From positions 167 to 64,166 of the IMG/VR virus record IMGVR_UViG_3300030390_001134: a DNA stretch of 64,000 nt; one strand, 5' to 3'. Shown here one piece after another: positions 46,284-55,113 of the stretch. The stretch is from a virus (lineage: Duplodnaviria > Caudoviricetes). The notes under the pieces are model-generated. The model made no database searches. It was not told the origin of the DNA and saw only the letters and a program-made list of their open reading frames with translations. Made by a program: the position numbers and the translations under genes. Position 1 is the first letter of the stretch; each line of letters opens with the position of its first letter.

Positions 46284-48422
46284 ATGAAGAGTTTTTTATT
46301 ATGTTTATTTTTAATACCACTAACGTTTCTAACTCAAGAGAGTTGGGTTAACGTAGTTGTACAAACAGATCAGTATGGAGGTGAGACGACTTGGGAGATA
46401 TATCAAGATAGTCAACTAGTAGCGGTATCACCGCCTTACCAAAACAATTCTTACAACGAAACCTTAGTTGAGTTACCCGTTGGGCAATACAACTTAGTTG
46501 TGTACGACGCTTTTGGTGATGGTATATGCTGTGACTTTGGACCTGGTTATTTTGGTTTAACAAACTCTTGTGGATTAGATACGTTTGTATATGACTTTAA
46601 CACTCCGCAGGCTACTGTATTTTTTGAGCTAACAGAATGTGAGCAACCTGTATATGGGTGTTTACAGCCTAACGCTTTAAACTACAATCCATGGGCTAAC
46701 ACCCCAACGCCGTGTAACTTTCCGCCAATGCCATGTGGTGAGGGTCAGACAAACATACTTTCGTTTTTCACACCTGATAGTTACCCAGCAGAAACAAGTT
46801 GGGAGATAACTGTTAACGGTGACTCGCTAACGTCTGGTGGTGGTGGTACAACTGGTATAACTGAACCCACGTATCACTGCGTGAACGAGGGTGATACAGT
46901 TGTAGCTAGTATATACGATTTATATGGAGATGGTATGTGTGGTACTTGTTGGGGTGGAGTAGATGGGTTTTTTAACGTAACAACACTATGTGGGGATAGT
47001 ATATTTATGGCTGGTGGTACAATGGAGTTTGATACATTATACTCAGAGCCCTATGTAGTACAACCTTGTGCGCCCGCGTTCTTAACAGGATGTACAGATA
47101 GTTTGTTTGTAGAGTATAGCCCTAATGCACAGGTTAACGATGGAAGTTGTGTGACTGAGATAGCTTTAGGTTGTATACAAGAAGATGCTCTAAACTACGA
47201 TCCACTAGCTAACACTATGGAAACAGAAAGCATGTGTAGTTATGATCTCGTTATAACAGATGGCGGGGCTGACGGGTGGTTTGGTAGTTGGCTAGGGTTT
47301 ACACAAGGTGGTAACTTGTATGGTCCATATCAAATGGGACCTGACGACGGGTATGAAGAAACGTTTGAGGTAGCTTTAAACTCTAATGAAGAGGTTAAGG
47401 TTTACTTCTTTACAGAAGGTAACGCGGAAACTACAGCTGCTCAGTGTGGGTTTAGATTAGAAGGTCCTAACGGTATTATAGCTCAGAGTGGAACTAACCC
47501 TTGGACAGATAGGTTGAAAAAATTTCCGTTCTCTTACAGTGCTACGCCTACATGTTCTAACTACTGCATTGCTCCGGTACTTGGTTGTGTTGACGTTGAA
47601 GCTTGTAACTTTGATACCTTAGCAAACGTAGACCACGGATGTGTCTACCCTATAGAATACTACGACTGTGATAACCTGTGTAACAGTGATATAGATAACG
47701 ACGGTGTGTGTGACGAGCTAGAGATAGTGGGTTGCATGGATCAAACCGCTTTTAATTATAATGAGTTAGCTACAGATCCAGCTGACTGTGAACCACTAAT
47801 ATTCGGATGTACAGATGCCACGCAGTATAACTATAACCCAGAAGCTAACACGGACAACGGTAGCTGTATTCCTTACATTGACGGTTGTACTGATAGCAAT
47901 GCCTTTAATTATGATCCGCTGGCTACTGCTGACAACGGCTCGTGTATTGAAATCGTGGAAGGGTGTGCCGATCTTCAAGCGTACAACTACGAAGTCCTAG
48001 TTAATATACCAGACCCAGAGTCTTGTTTATACGAAGCTGTAGGTTGTGTCACCGGTTTAGGTGAGCCATATGGAGATGGTTATTGGCTCAACGATATGTG
48101 CTTCGCTTGGTTGATTCAAGCTGACCCATATTGCTGCGAAGAGGAGTGGGATAACACATGTCAAGAGACATTTGATTACTGCTCCGCTACTGGTATAGAA
48201 GCTATACTAGCTAGAGATGATTTAGTGATGTACCCTAACCCAGTTGGTAACGTACTTAACATAAATAAAAACGTTGATCTAGACGTGTTCGATTCTGCAG
48301 GACGTGTTATCGTATCTAAAACAAATATAAACGCGATAGACGCATCTCTATGGGATCCAGGGATGTACACAGTGCGGATTGTTTGGAACAACCGAATTGT
48401 AATCAAAAAGATTATTAAATAA
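46284..48422 (+). CDS. secreted Cys-rich repeat protein with a T9SS type A C-terminal sorting domain
   Basis: Signal peptide; repeated D..GDG modules and GC.D..A.NY.P.A..D.GSC repeats; CTD MYPNPVGNVLNI...GMYTVRI...KKIIK (48228-48422). Confidence 0.85.
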   Translation: MKSFLLCLFLIPLTFLTQESWVNVVVQTDQYGGETTWEIYQDSQLVAVSPPYQNNSYNETLVELPVGQYNLVVYDAFGDGICCDFGPGYFGLTNSCGLDTFVYDFNTPQATVFFELTECEQPVYGCLQPNALNYNPWANTPTPCNFPPMPCGEGQTNILSFFTPDSYPAETSWEITVNGDSLTSGGGGTTGITEPTYHCVNEGDTVVASIYDLYGDGMCGTCWGGVDGFFNVTTLCGDSIFMAGGTMEFDTLYSEPYVVQPCAPAFLTGCTDSLFVEYSPNAQVNDGSCVTEIALGCIQEDALNYDPLANTMETESMCSYDLVITDGGADGWFGSWLGFTQGGNLYGPYQMGPDDGYEETFEVALNSNEEVKVYFFTEGNAETTAAQCGFRLEGPNGIIAQSGTNPWTDRLKKFPFSYSATPTCSNYCIAPVLGCVDVEACNFDTLANVDHGCVYPIEYYDCDNLCNSDIDNDGVCDELEIVGCMDQTAFNYNELATDPADCEPLIFGCTDATQYNYNPEANTDNGSCIPYIDGCTDSNAFNYDPLATADNGSCIEIVEGCADLQAYNYEVLVNIPDPESCLYEAVGCVTGLGEPYGDGYWLNDMCFAWLIQADPYCCEEEWDNTCQETFDYCSATGIEAILARDDLVMYPNPVGNVLNINKNVDLDVFDSAGRVIVSKTNINAIDASLWDPGMYTVRIVWNNRIVIKKIIK

Positions 48423-49924
48423 TGAAGTGGATCGGTGCTCATGTTATAGATAGGGACGTTAGGTTTAACACCGTAAATTTGTACCTACCAGGTGGTATTC
48501 AAGACGCGGGCTCAGACACGGATAAATTTTTAGTATATGGCGGACAAGGTCTCTTGGGTTATAGAACCGGGGCGGAGGTACTTTCTGATATAGGTGGCTT
48601 ACCTACGTCTACAAATATACTAGCATTTGACGGTTCAACTGCCAATGGTGTTTGCACTTTTAAAGATGCAGATGAGATATCTGTTGAGTCAACGCTAACT
48701 TTTGACGCATCATCAAGTCCAACGTTGACTATGGGTGCGGATGACAATGGTAGTTCATTTATAAGAAGGCTAGCTCATAGCGACGGGGCTGGCGGCATAC
48801 TACAGGTTGAAGCTGGAAGCGCTACGATTGGACAAACAAACCAAGCGGGTGGAGCCTTAAGGCTAGCTGGCGGTCAGTCAACTGGATCTGGAGCTGGAGG
48901 AAGCGTAACGCTTTTTACGTCACCAGCAGGAGGTAGCGGTGTGAGTTTGAACGGCTATACTAACTCTTGGGTGTTTGGAGCTGATGGATCTTTTACAACC
49001 GAGGGTGGTATTACAACAGGCACAACATCATTTGTTAATGCAAGTGGTGTAGTACAGGTTGCTACTCAAGGCACTATTGATCACGATTCATTGGCAAACT
49101 TTTCAGCTGACGAGCATTATACTCAAGCTAATATCGTGGCTACAGGTACTATAGCTAGTGGGACATGGGAAGGCACGGATATAGGTGTGGCTCACGGCGG
49201 AACAGGTTTATCAACTGTTGGTACTAATGAAATATTAACAGGTAACGGGACGGGGGCTTTAACATCTGAAGCTAATTTAACTTTTGCATTAGATCGTTTA
49301 ATCATTGGTGCTGATGCTGAAATAACGCCTCAGATAAGATTTAGAAACGACGAAAATACTGTCAACATTGGGGTGTCTGACTCTTCTGACAACTTAATTA
49401 GCGGCTCAGCAGACGGAGACTTTGTTATTAACTGTACAGGAGATCACAACGTTTTATTTGGTCAAAACAATGCAATAGCCGCAAAAATAGACACTGACAG
49501 TAATTTTAATATTAACCGCAGATTTACTGTTACAGGTGACACGGACGGAACATACGAAGGGGATGTAGTGTATTTTGGTGGGACAACATCTATGACAGTT
49601 GGGACTATATACCACTACAAATCTGACGGCACGTGGGAGGTGGCAAACGCTAACGCAGCGGCGACATCTGATGGTTTACTTGGTGTGGCTTTAGGTGCGG
49701 CTTCTGATACTAATGGAATGCTTTTAAGAGGTATGGTTACTTTAGATCATGACCCTGGAGCAGTTGGAGACGTTTTGTATTTAAGTAACACTAATGGGGA
49801 CGCTTCATCCACAGCCCCGTCAGACAACAACGATATAGTAAGAGTAATAGGATACTGCTTACACGCGTCAAATGGCCAGATTTGGTTTAACCCAGACAAT
49901 ACGTTTGTAGAAGTAACAGCATAA
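48422..49924 (+). CDS. tail fibre protein
   Basis: Gly/Thr-rich; GTWEGTDIGVAHGGTG fibre motif; C-terminal GVALG..GDVLYLS..VRVIGY domain. Confidence 0.7.
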   Translation: MKWIGAHVIDRDVRFNTVNLYLPGGIQDAGSDTDKFLVYGGQGLLGYRTGAEVLSDIGGLPTSTNILAFDGSTANGVCTFKDADEISVESTLTFDASSSPTLTMGADDNGSSFIRRLAHSDGAGGILQVEAGSATIGQTNQAGGALRLAGGQSTGSGAGGSVTLFTSPAGGSGVSLNGYTNSWVFGADGSFTTEGGITTGTTSFVNASGVVQVATQGTIDHDSLANFSADEHYTQANIVATGTIASGTWEGTDIGVAHGGTGLSTVGTNEILTGNGTGALTSEANLTFALDRLIIGADAEITPQIRFRNDENTVNIGVSDSSDNLISGSADGDFVINCTGDHNVLFGQNNAIAAKIDTDSNFNINRRFTVTGDTDGTYEGDVVYFGGTTSMTVGTIYHYKSDGTWEVANANAAATSDGLLGVALGAASDTNGMLLRGMVTLDHDPGAVGDVLYLSNTNGDASSTAPSDNNDIVRVIGYCLHASNGQIWFNPDNTFVEVTA

Positions 49925-50586
49925 TGCCTACTTTAAATGTAAATAGGCAGGGTGTTGGTACAGGAATTTCTAACGGTAACTTTAATACAGCTAGGACAAA
50001 CGCGGCTTCAGCTGTTACAGATGGCATTACAGGCGAGTTTGATGTTCAGTACTTTGCTACAGGTAGAACAAAGAGATTCAAAAGAGTTTTTCTACATTTT
50101 GACACAAGTGGAATAACTGGAACTGTAAGCGCAGCACACATAGACATAAATGGAGGTAGTGTAGCCAATGCTGATCCTAATGATACCATTATGATAAAAA
50201 GCACCGCTTTTGGCGGTGACGGTGGGACAGCTTTAGCTACCTCAGATCATTTTAGTTCGTTAGATTACAGCACGGCATACTCTAGTGAGTTAACTACTTG
50301 GTCAACAGGTAATAATGAATATACTTTAACAGCGGCAGCTTTAGCTGATATAAAAAACAACGATCACTTTACTTTAGCTATAGTAGATCACGATAACGAC
50401 TACGCTAATTCAGCTACTACAGGAGTTGCTGATGTTACCATAGACTTTGATGTAACGATAACCTTGGATTACACTTTAGCCGCAACCGGGTATAGCCATG
50501 ATATAAACGGTGTCGCAGCTGCTAGTATAGGAAAAGTAATAAGCGTGGCGACAGCTAATATAGGAAAAATAAATTCAGTAGATTAA
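49924..50586 (+). CDS. tail fibre-associated protein
   Basis: FLHFDTSGITG; C-terminal INGVAAASIGKV repeat. Confidence 0.6.
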   Translation: MPTLNVNRQGVGTGISNGNFNTARTNAASAVTDGITGEFDVQYFATGRTKRFKRVFLHFDTSGITGTVSAAHIDINGGSVANADPNDTIMIKSTAFGGDGGTALATSDHFSSLDYSTAYSSELTTWSTGNNEYTLTAAALADIKNNDHFTLAIVDHDNDYANSATTGVADVTIDFDVTITLDYTLAATGYSHDINGVAAASIGKVISVATANIGKINSVD

Positions 50587-50587
50587 A

Positions 50588-50884
50588 ATGGAATACGGAT
50601 TACACCATATAACGTCAGCAACAACAACCACGTTGATACCTATACATGGATCAGGTGGAGCTATTAAATCGATAAGTATAGCCAACCAGCACGACACAAC
50701 TGCAGCGCATGTAGACTTATATTTAGATGACGGTACAAATACATCGTATATAGTAAAAAGCGCCTTGATATATTCTGGAACTGCCATGGTTTTAGATCAC
50801 AACATATCTTTTGACAATTCAGTACTAGGATTAAAACTAACCACTGTTGGAAGTGGTTTACCTATATCAGTAATTATAAAATAA
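50588..50884 (+). CDS. putative structural protein
   Basis: IKSISIAN..VDLYL beta-rich 98 aa. Confidence 0.6.
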   Translation: MEYGLHHITSATTTTLIPIHGSGGAIKSISIANQHDTTAAHVDLYLDDGTNTSYIVKSALIYSGTAMVLDHNISFDNSVLGLKLTTVGSGLPISVIIK

Positions 50885-51489
50885 TGTACACAAGAGAACA
50901 AATTAAAGAGGCTTTAGAAGCTAAAGGTTATAAGTTTTTTGAAGAAGGAGACTACAACGTGAATATCGTTGGAATAAGAAACTCTGAAACAGAAGGCAAA
51001 GTCACAAACAGATTCGATGACTTAATGACGGTGTCGTACAAGATCGACGGAGAGTGGCAGTATCACGAGTTTGATTGCACTACAGACCCAGGCACTCATT
51101 GGGTTGACAATTGCGCTTACTCTAAAAAAGGGGTGGCTATACTTAGGCCTGATCAATACCGCAAGTCACACAAAATTAGAAAGCACCTAGGGCAATACGA
51201 AGCTTTAGGACAGCAAAATCCTGTTACAGTGTATAGAGATCCAAATAAGGATGCGGTGTATGACCTTAACGAAGACACCACTCAAACAGGTTTGTTTGGT
51301 ATTAACATTCACAGGGCTTCAAAATACGCGGGTAAGAAATCCACCCGAATAAACAAGTGGTCTGCTGGTTGTCAAGTGATTGCAGCTAATGATGATTGGA
51401 CTAAATTTATGAAGATCATGAGAAAAGCTAGACTTATCTGGAGCAACAACTTTACATACACTTTAATAAATTCTAAAGATATTACATGA
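50884..51489 (+). CDS. probable endolysin, L,D-transpeptidase (YkuD)-like His/Cys fold
   Basis: NIVGIRN..FDD..TTDPG..GINIH..WSAGCQV (HxnSxGC catalytic signature). Confidence 0.65.
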   Translation: MYTREQIKEALEAKGYKFFEEGDYNVNIVGIRNSETEGKVTNRFDDLMTVSYKIDGEWQYHEFDCTTDPGTHWVDNCAYSKKGVAILRPDQYRKSHKIRKHLGQYEALGQQNPVTVYRDPNKDAVYDLNEDTTQTGLFGINIHRASKYAGKKSTRINKWSAGCQVIAANDDWTKFMKIMRKARLIWSNNFTYTLINSKDIT

Positions 51490-51845
51490 AGTACATATTC
51501 GCATTAATATTATCAATGACTTTTACTGGTTTATTCAGCCAGTGTAACCAACACGTATTCACCTCAGTAGGTGCCACAGAGTGGACGAGCTTTGAATACG
51601 TAGATTGTGATGGAGAAGATCACGCTTTTGGTTTACCTGCAGGAGGATATACTATAATATTCTGCGCAGACATAGGTACAGCTTTTGCTTTAAACGGAGA
51701 TGGGTTTGTATATCCATTAATGACAGAGCATCCTAACTACGCATCATGTGCGCAACCTGTTTGTCAGGGGGACTTCGATGAGGATGGTGTAGTGGGAGTA
51801 AGCGATTTACAAGTGTTTTTATCAAACTACGGAGCATGCGATTAA
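51486..51845 (+). CDS. secreted protein with a C-terminal dockerin/EF-hand-like motif
   Basis: Signal peptide ..GLFS|Q; CQGDFDEDGVVGVSDLQVFLSNYG. Confidence 0.7.
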   Translation: MKYIFALILSMTFTGLFSQCNQHVFTSVGATEWTSFEYVDCDGEDHAFGLPAGGYTIIFCADIGTAFALNGDGFVYPLMTEHPNYASCAQPVCQGDFDEDGVVGVSDLQVFLSNYGACD

Positions 51846-53041
51846 ATTTACTTGGCATACTATGGATCTTATATAGTATATTTATATTCAACAATAGCGC
51901 CTATGGCCAATGTGATGTGGCTATAAGTAACTGGGATGCGCTGACGGGTGATATTCTTGTTGAAGCGATTAACAGTGAGAATTGTGGCTGCAATGAATTT
52001 ACAACTGAAGGCAACACATGTGAAAGTAGCGCTAGTTCTCATGTAAATAATAACGAAACGGTATCTCATATAGTTTTAGGGCTGCACGTGGAGGGGTTGG
52101 ATTATAACTGGATGGATTGTTTAACAGGTGTTAATCATCCAGGTTGGACGTTTAAAGTTTTTACTCTTTATGGTAATCAAACTCTTAGCAATGGTGATAC
52201 TTGGGGTGCTAATGTTTATGATACAGGGGCAAGTACAAATGATTGTTGGGCAGAACTATTATCTAACGATACGCTATGTACTGAGTTAGTTGTGTGGCAG
52301 ATTAATTTATCTCGCACAGCTTTTATAGCTGACGGAGGTTGGGCGCTGAATCCAGGGTTTAACCAAACGCAGAACTACCCTGACGTTGATCTTTCTAATA
52401 ACACAGCCGTTAACTGTGCTCTACCTACGTGCGACCCTGTTTACATATACGAAACCGACACGATAGTGTTATATGATACTATCATAGAATATGTCACAGA
52501 CACTGTTATTGAATACGTGGACGTTGAGTGGATAACAACCGATACGCTGTATATAACTGAAGTTGACACGTTAATTGAATATGTCCAATTACCTACAGAT
52601 ACTGTACATGAGTATATAACTGACACTATTACGTTAGTAGAAACTGAGTATGTTGATGTTATAGTAGATAACTACGTTTATATTACTGACACTATAATAG
52701 AGTTTGTAGCTAGCACTGTTTATATCGACTGTGAAACAGGAGAGGAGTGTGGCACCTCAAGCCCTTGTGACGAGACTTCTATATACGCGCCTAATGTTGT
52801 CACGCCTAACGATGACGGGTGGAACGACACGTGGCAGGTAATTGCTGACGGAGCTTGTTGGGCTCAGTGGGAGGTAAGAGTGTACAATAGATGGGGTGGG
52901 CTAGTTTGGATCAGCGCGTCTAACATAGACGCGTGGGAAGCTAATGTAGCTACAGGTGTTTATGTATATACAATAACAGCGCACAGCGCGGTAAATACAA
53001 GTGTATTTGAATTTAACGGTACACTAACAGTACTATATTAA
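51836..53041 (+). CDS. secreted protein with a (T)DT-repeat stalk and a T9SS type B (gliding motility-associated) C-terminal domain
   Basis: Signal peptide ..SAYG|Q; ETDTIV/YDTII/VTDTV repeats; CTD IYAPNVVTPNDDGWNDTW..VYNRWGGLVW..GVYVYTI..GTLTVLY (52781-53041). Confidence 0.85.
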   Translation: MRLNLLGILWILYSIFIFNNSAYGQCDVAISNWDALTGDILVEAINSENCGCNEFTTEGNTCESSASSHVNNNETVSHIVLGLHVEGLDYNWMDCLTGVNHPGWTFKVFTLYGNQTLSNGDTWGANVYDTGASTNDCWAELLSNDTLCTELVVWQINLSRTAFIADGGWALNPGFNQTQNYPDVDLSNNTAVNCALPTCDPVYIYETDTIVLYDTIIEYVTDTVIEYVDVEWITTDTLYITEVDTLIEYVQLPTDTVHEYITDTITLVETEYVDVIVDNYVYITDTIIEFVASTVYIDCETGEECGTSSPCDETSIYAPNVVTPNDDGWNDTWQVIADGACWAQWEVRVYNRWGGLVWISASNIDAWEANVATGVYVYTITAHSAVNTSVFEFNGTLTVLY

Positions 53042-53053
53042 TTAAAAGTAACT

Positions 53054-55042
53054 ATGGCAATACCAACAGATAGTTTTGTAAAAGTACAGTCCGCGGACAC
53101 GCCGACAAAGGAGATAACATCTATTAGGAAGCAACCTAATGTGTCTTATCATACTATAGGCGCTATTGTTGCAGATGTTGTTGCAGCGGCTAACGTCTCA
53201 GCTACGGGTGATTTTGATACCGTAGCCTCCATGAAAGCTGGGACATTAGCAAATGGAGATGTCGCTAGAACAAAGGGCTACACTACCATAGGTGATGGTG
53301 GTTTGTGTGTGTACAACATAACAGATGCCGATCCTGGTGGAGTAGAGCACGTTATAACACTTAACAATGGTAAATACGCCACAGCTCAGTTTAACGGCGC
53401 TACAGTACCGCAACAGTGGGGCGTTGTGCATGACGCGTCTGGTTCTGCAGCAGCGAATGTAACTGCATTGAATGCTATGTTCCAGTATCAAAGAACCCAT
53501 TTGTGTGTAGTTCACTTTTTAGGAGGGGATTATTATGTTAATGACACTATCACTCTACCAACTTACCTTAACGTAGGTAATAGAATACCAGAAGACTCTT
53601 ACGTTATAAACTTCAACAGCGCGGTTCTTAGACCAACAGTCGCTGACAAGGTTGTACTTCAAAGACCAGAGGTTTCAGCTGCAGAAAGTGGTAGTCTTAA
53701 AATAACAAACTTAACAGTAAACGCTAATAGTCAGTCAGGCTGTACAGGGCTTCAGATTATATCTTCTTTCTCTTCTTTAGTATCTGGTTGTCATTTTATA
53801 GGTTTAGCTACAGGTTTAGATTTACAGTTCGGGTTAGCTACGCACGTAGAAGGCACGAGATTTACTAGTTGTTTACTAGGTACTAATTGTAGGAATACAG
53901 TAGGGGCCGGCTCCAATAACAAACAAAGCAATAGAACAAAGTTCGATAACTGCAGGTGGTACGCACCAAATAATTCGAGTGCAGACTATCAATTAAGAGT
54001 TGAACATAGTTCTGGTATAAATGTTGTGGATTGTATATTTGAAGGGCATCATACTTCAGAGGCAGATATATATGTGGACGCAACAGCTACCACAGTTAAA
54101 GATATTTCTATACAAAGAGTCCACGTAGAGTCTGTAGACTCAAGCCATTCAGGTGATAATGTTTTTCTCGAAGTCGACGGTAGTGGAGGAGGAGCTCCTT
54201 TTGTGAAAGTTATAGATATATACCAGCAAGATCCAGGCACCCCGGGTCGAACTATGGTTAAAGCTACGGCTTGTCAAGTAACGTTTTCTTCGTCTTGGTA
54301 TCAAGATATAAAAATGGAAAACATTGGGTCAAAATGGGATTTCCCTGATAGACTTAAAAACTACTATATGATAGCGGGTACACCACAAATCGACTGGGAC
54401 ACGTCAGGTTCGGGTACTATACCTACTGCTTTACATATTGAGCCTGATCTAGTAGATCTGCACGGTATAAGTTCTGGTAGAGGCTGGAGCCTAATGGGTG
54501 ACAGCAGTAAGGGCACTTATTCTTTAAAGTCATACATAAATAGGGCTGAATACGAAAAAGTATATGATGGGGATGCTGCTACTGTAGCTAGTAACCTATC
54601 TCACTTTAAAATAAGTTGGAATGGCTCTTACTTTATATCAGCGAAAGGTAGCGGAACAGGCGCTGTTCGACACTTTAGTTTTTTTAATGATGTAGGTGTG
54701 CAAAACAGGTTGTATCTCACCAACGGTGATAATGTTGATGATGGAGCAGGGGGAACGACGATAACTAGATTTGATCATACATACCAAACAAATATACACC
54801 ACCATCCTCAGTATACGGATAACTATATGTCTTTGAATTTACCTGGAGGCAATAACTATACAGGTACTAAAGCAATAACATTTCCAAATGCGACTGGAGA
54901 CTTAACGGCTTATACAGGGACAGCAGCTCCTGCACATAATGGCACTGGGGCAAAAGGTGAAATTAGGTATAACGGTGGTAAAGTATATATATGCGTAGAC
55001 ACCGACACGTGGGTTAGAATAGCCGCTGATACTAGTTGGTAG
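53054..55042 (+). CDS. tailspike/depolymerase with a pectate-lyase-like beta-helix
   Basis: FDTVASMK..TKGY..GDGG N-terminal module, PQQWGV..D...N..ALNA, parallel beta-helix repeats, C-terminal YICVDTDTWVR. Confidence 0.75.
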   Translation: MAIPTDSFVKVQSADTPTKEITSIRKQPNVSYHTIGAIVADVVAAANVSATGDFDTVASMKAGTLANGDVARTKGYTTIGDGGLCVYNITDADPGGVEHVITLNNGKYATAQFNGATVPQQWGVVHDASGSAAANVTALNAMFQYQRTHLCVVHFLGGDYYVNDTITLPTYLNVGNRIPEDSYVINFNSAVLRPTVADKVVLQRPEVSAAESGSLKITNLTVNANSQSGCTGLQIISSFSSLVSGCHFIGLATGLDLQFGLATHVEGTRFTSCLLGTNCRNTVGAGSNNKQSNRTKFDNCRWYAPNNSSADYQLRVEHSSGINVVDCIFEGHHTSEADIYVDATATTVKDISIQRVHVESVDSSHSGDNVFLEVDGSGGGAPFVKVIDIYQQDPGTPGRTMVKATACQVTFSSSWYQDIKMENIGSKWDFPDRLKNYYMIAGTPQIDWDTSGSGTIPTALHIEPDLVDLHGISSGRGWSLMGDSSKGTYSLKSYINRAEYEKVYDGDAATVASNLSHFKISWNGSYFISAKGSGTGAVRHFSFFNDVGVQNRLYLTNGDNVDDGAGGTTITRFDHTYQTNIHHHPQYTDNYMSLNLPGGNNYTGTKAITFPNATGDLTAYTGTAAPAHNGTGAKGEIRYNGGKVYICVDTDTWVRIAADTSW

Positions 55043-55058
55043 AAAATATAAGAGAAAT

Positions 55059-55100
55059 AAAAAAGGGGATAGCCATTACGGTTATCCCCTTCTTTGTTTT
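55059..55100. terminator. bidirectional intrinsic terminator between convergent blocks
   Basis: A-tract, AAGGGGATAGCC-ATTAC-GGTTATCCCCTT, T-tract. Confidence 0.85.
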
Positions 55101-55113
55101 AGGTGGTTACGGT

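Noticed and set aside
46284-53041. Host chromosomal DNA flanking a prophage
   Set aside because: The T9SS-cargo genes are interleaved with, and stop/start-coupled to, tail fibre, lysin and tailspike genes on the same strand
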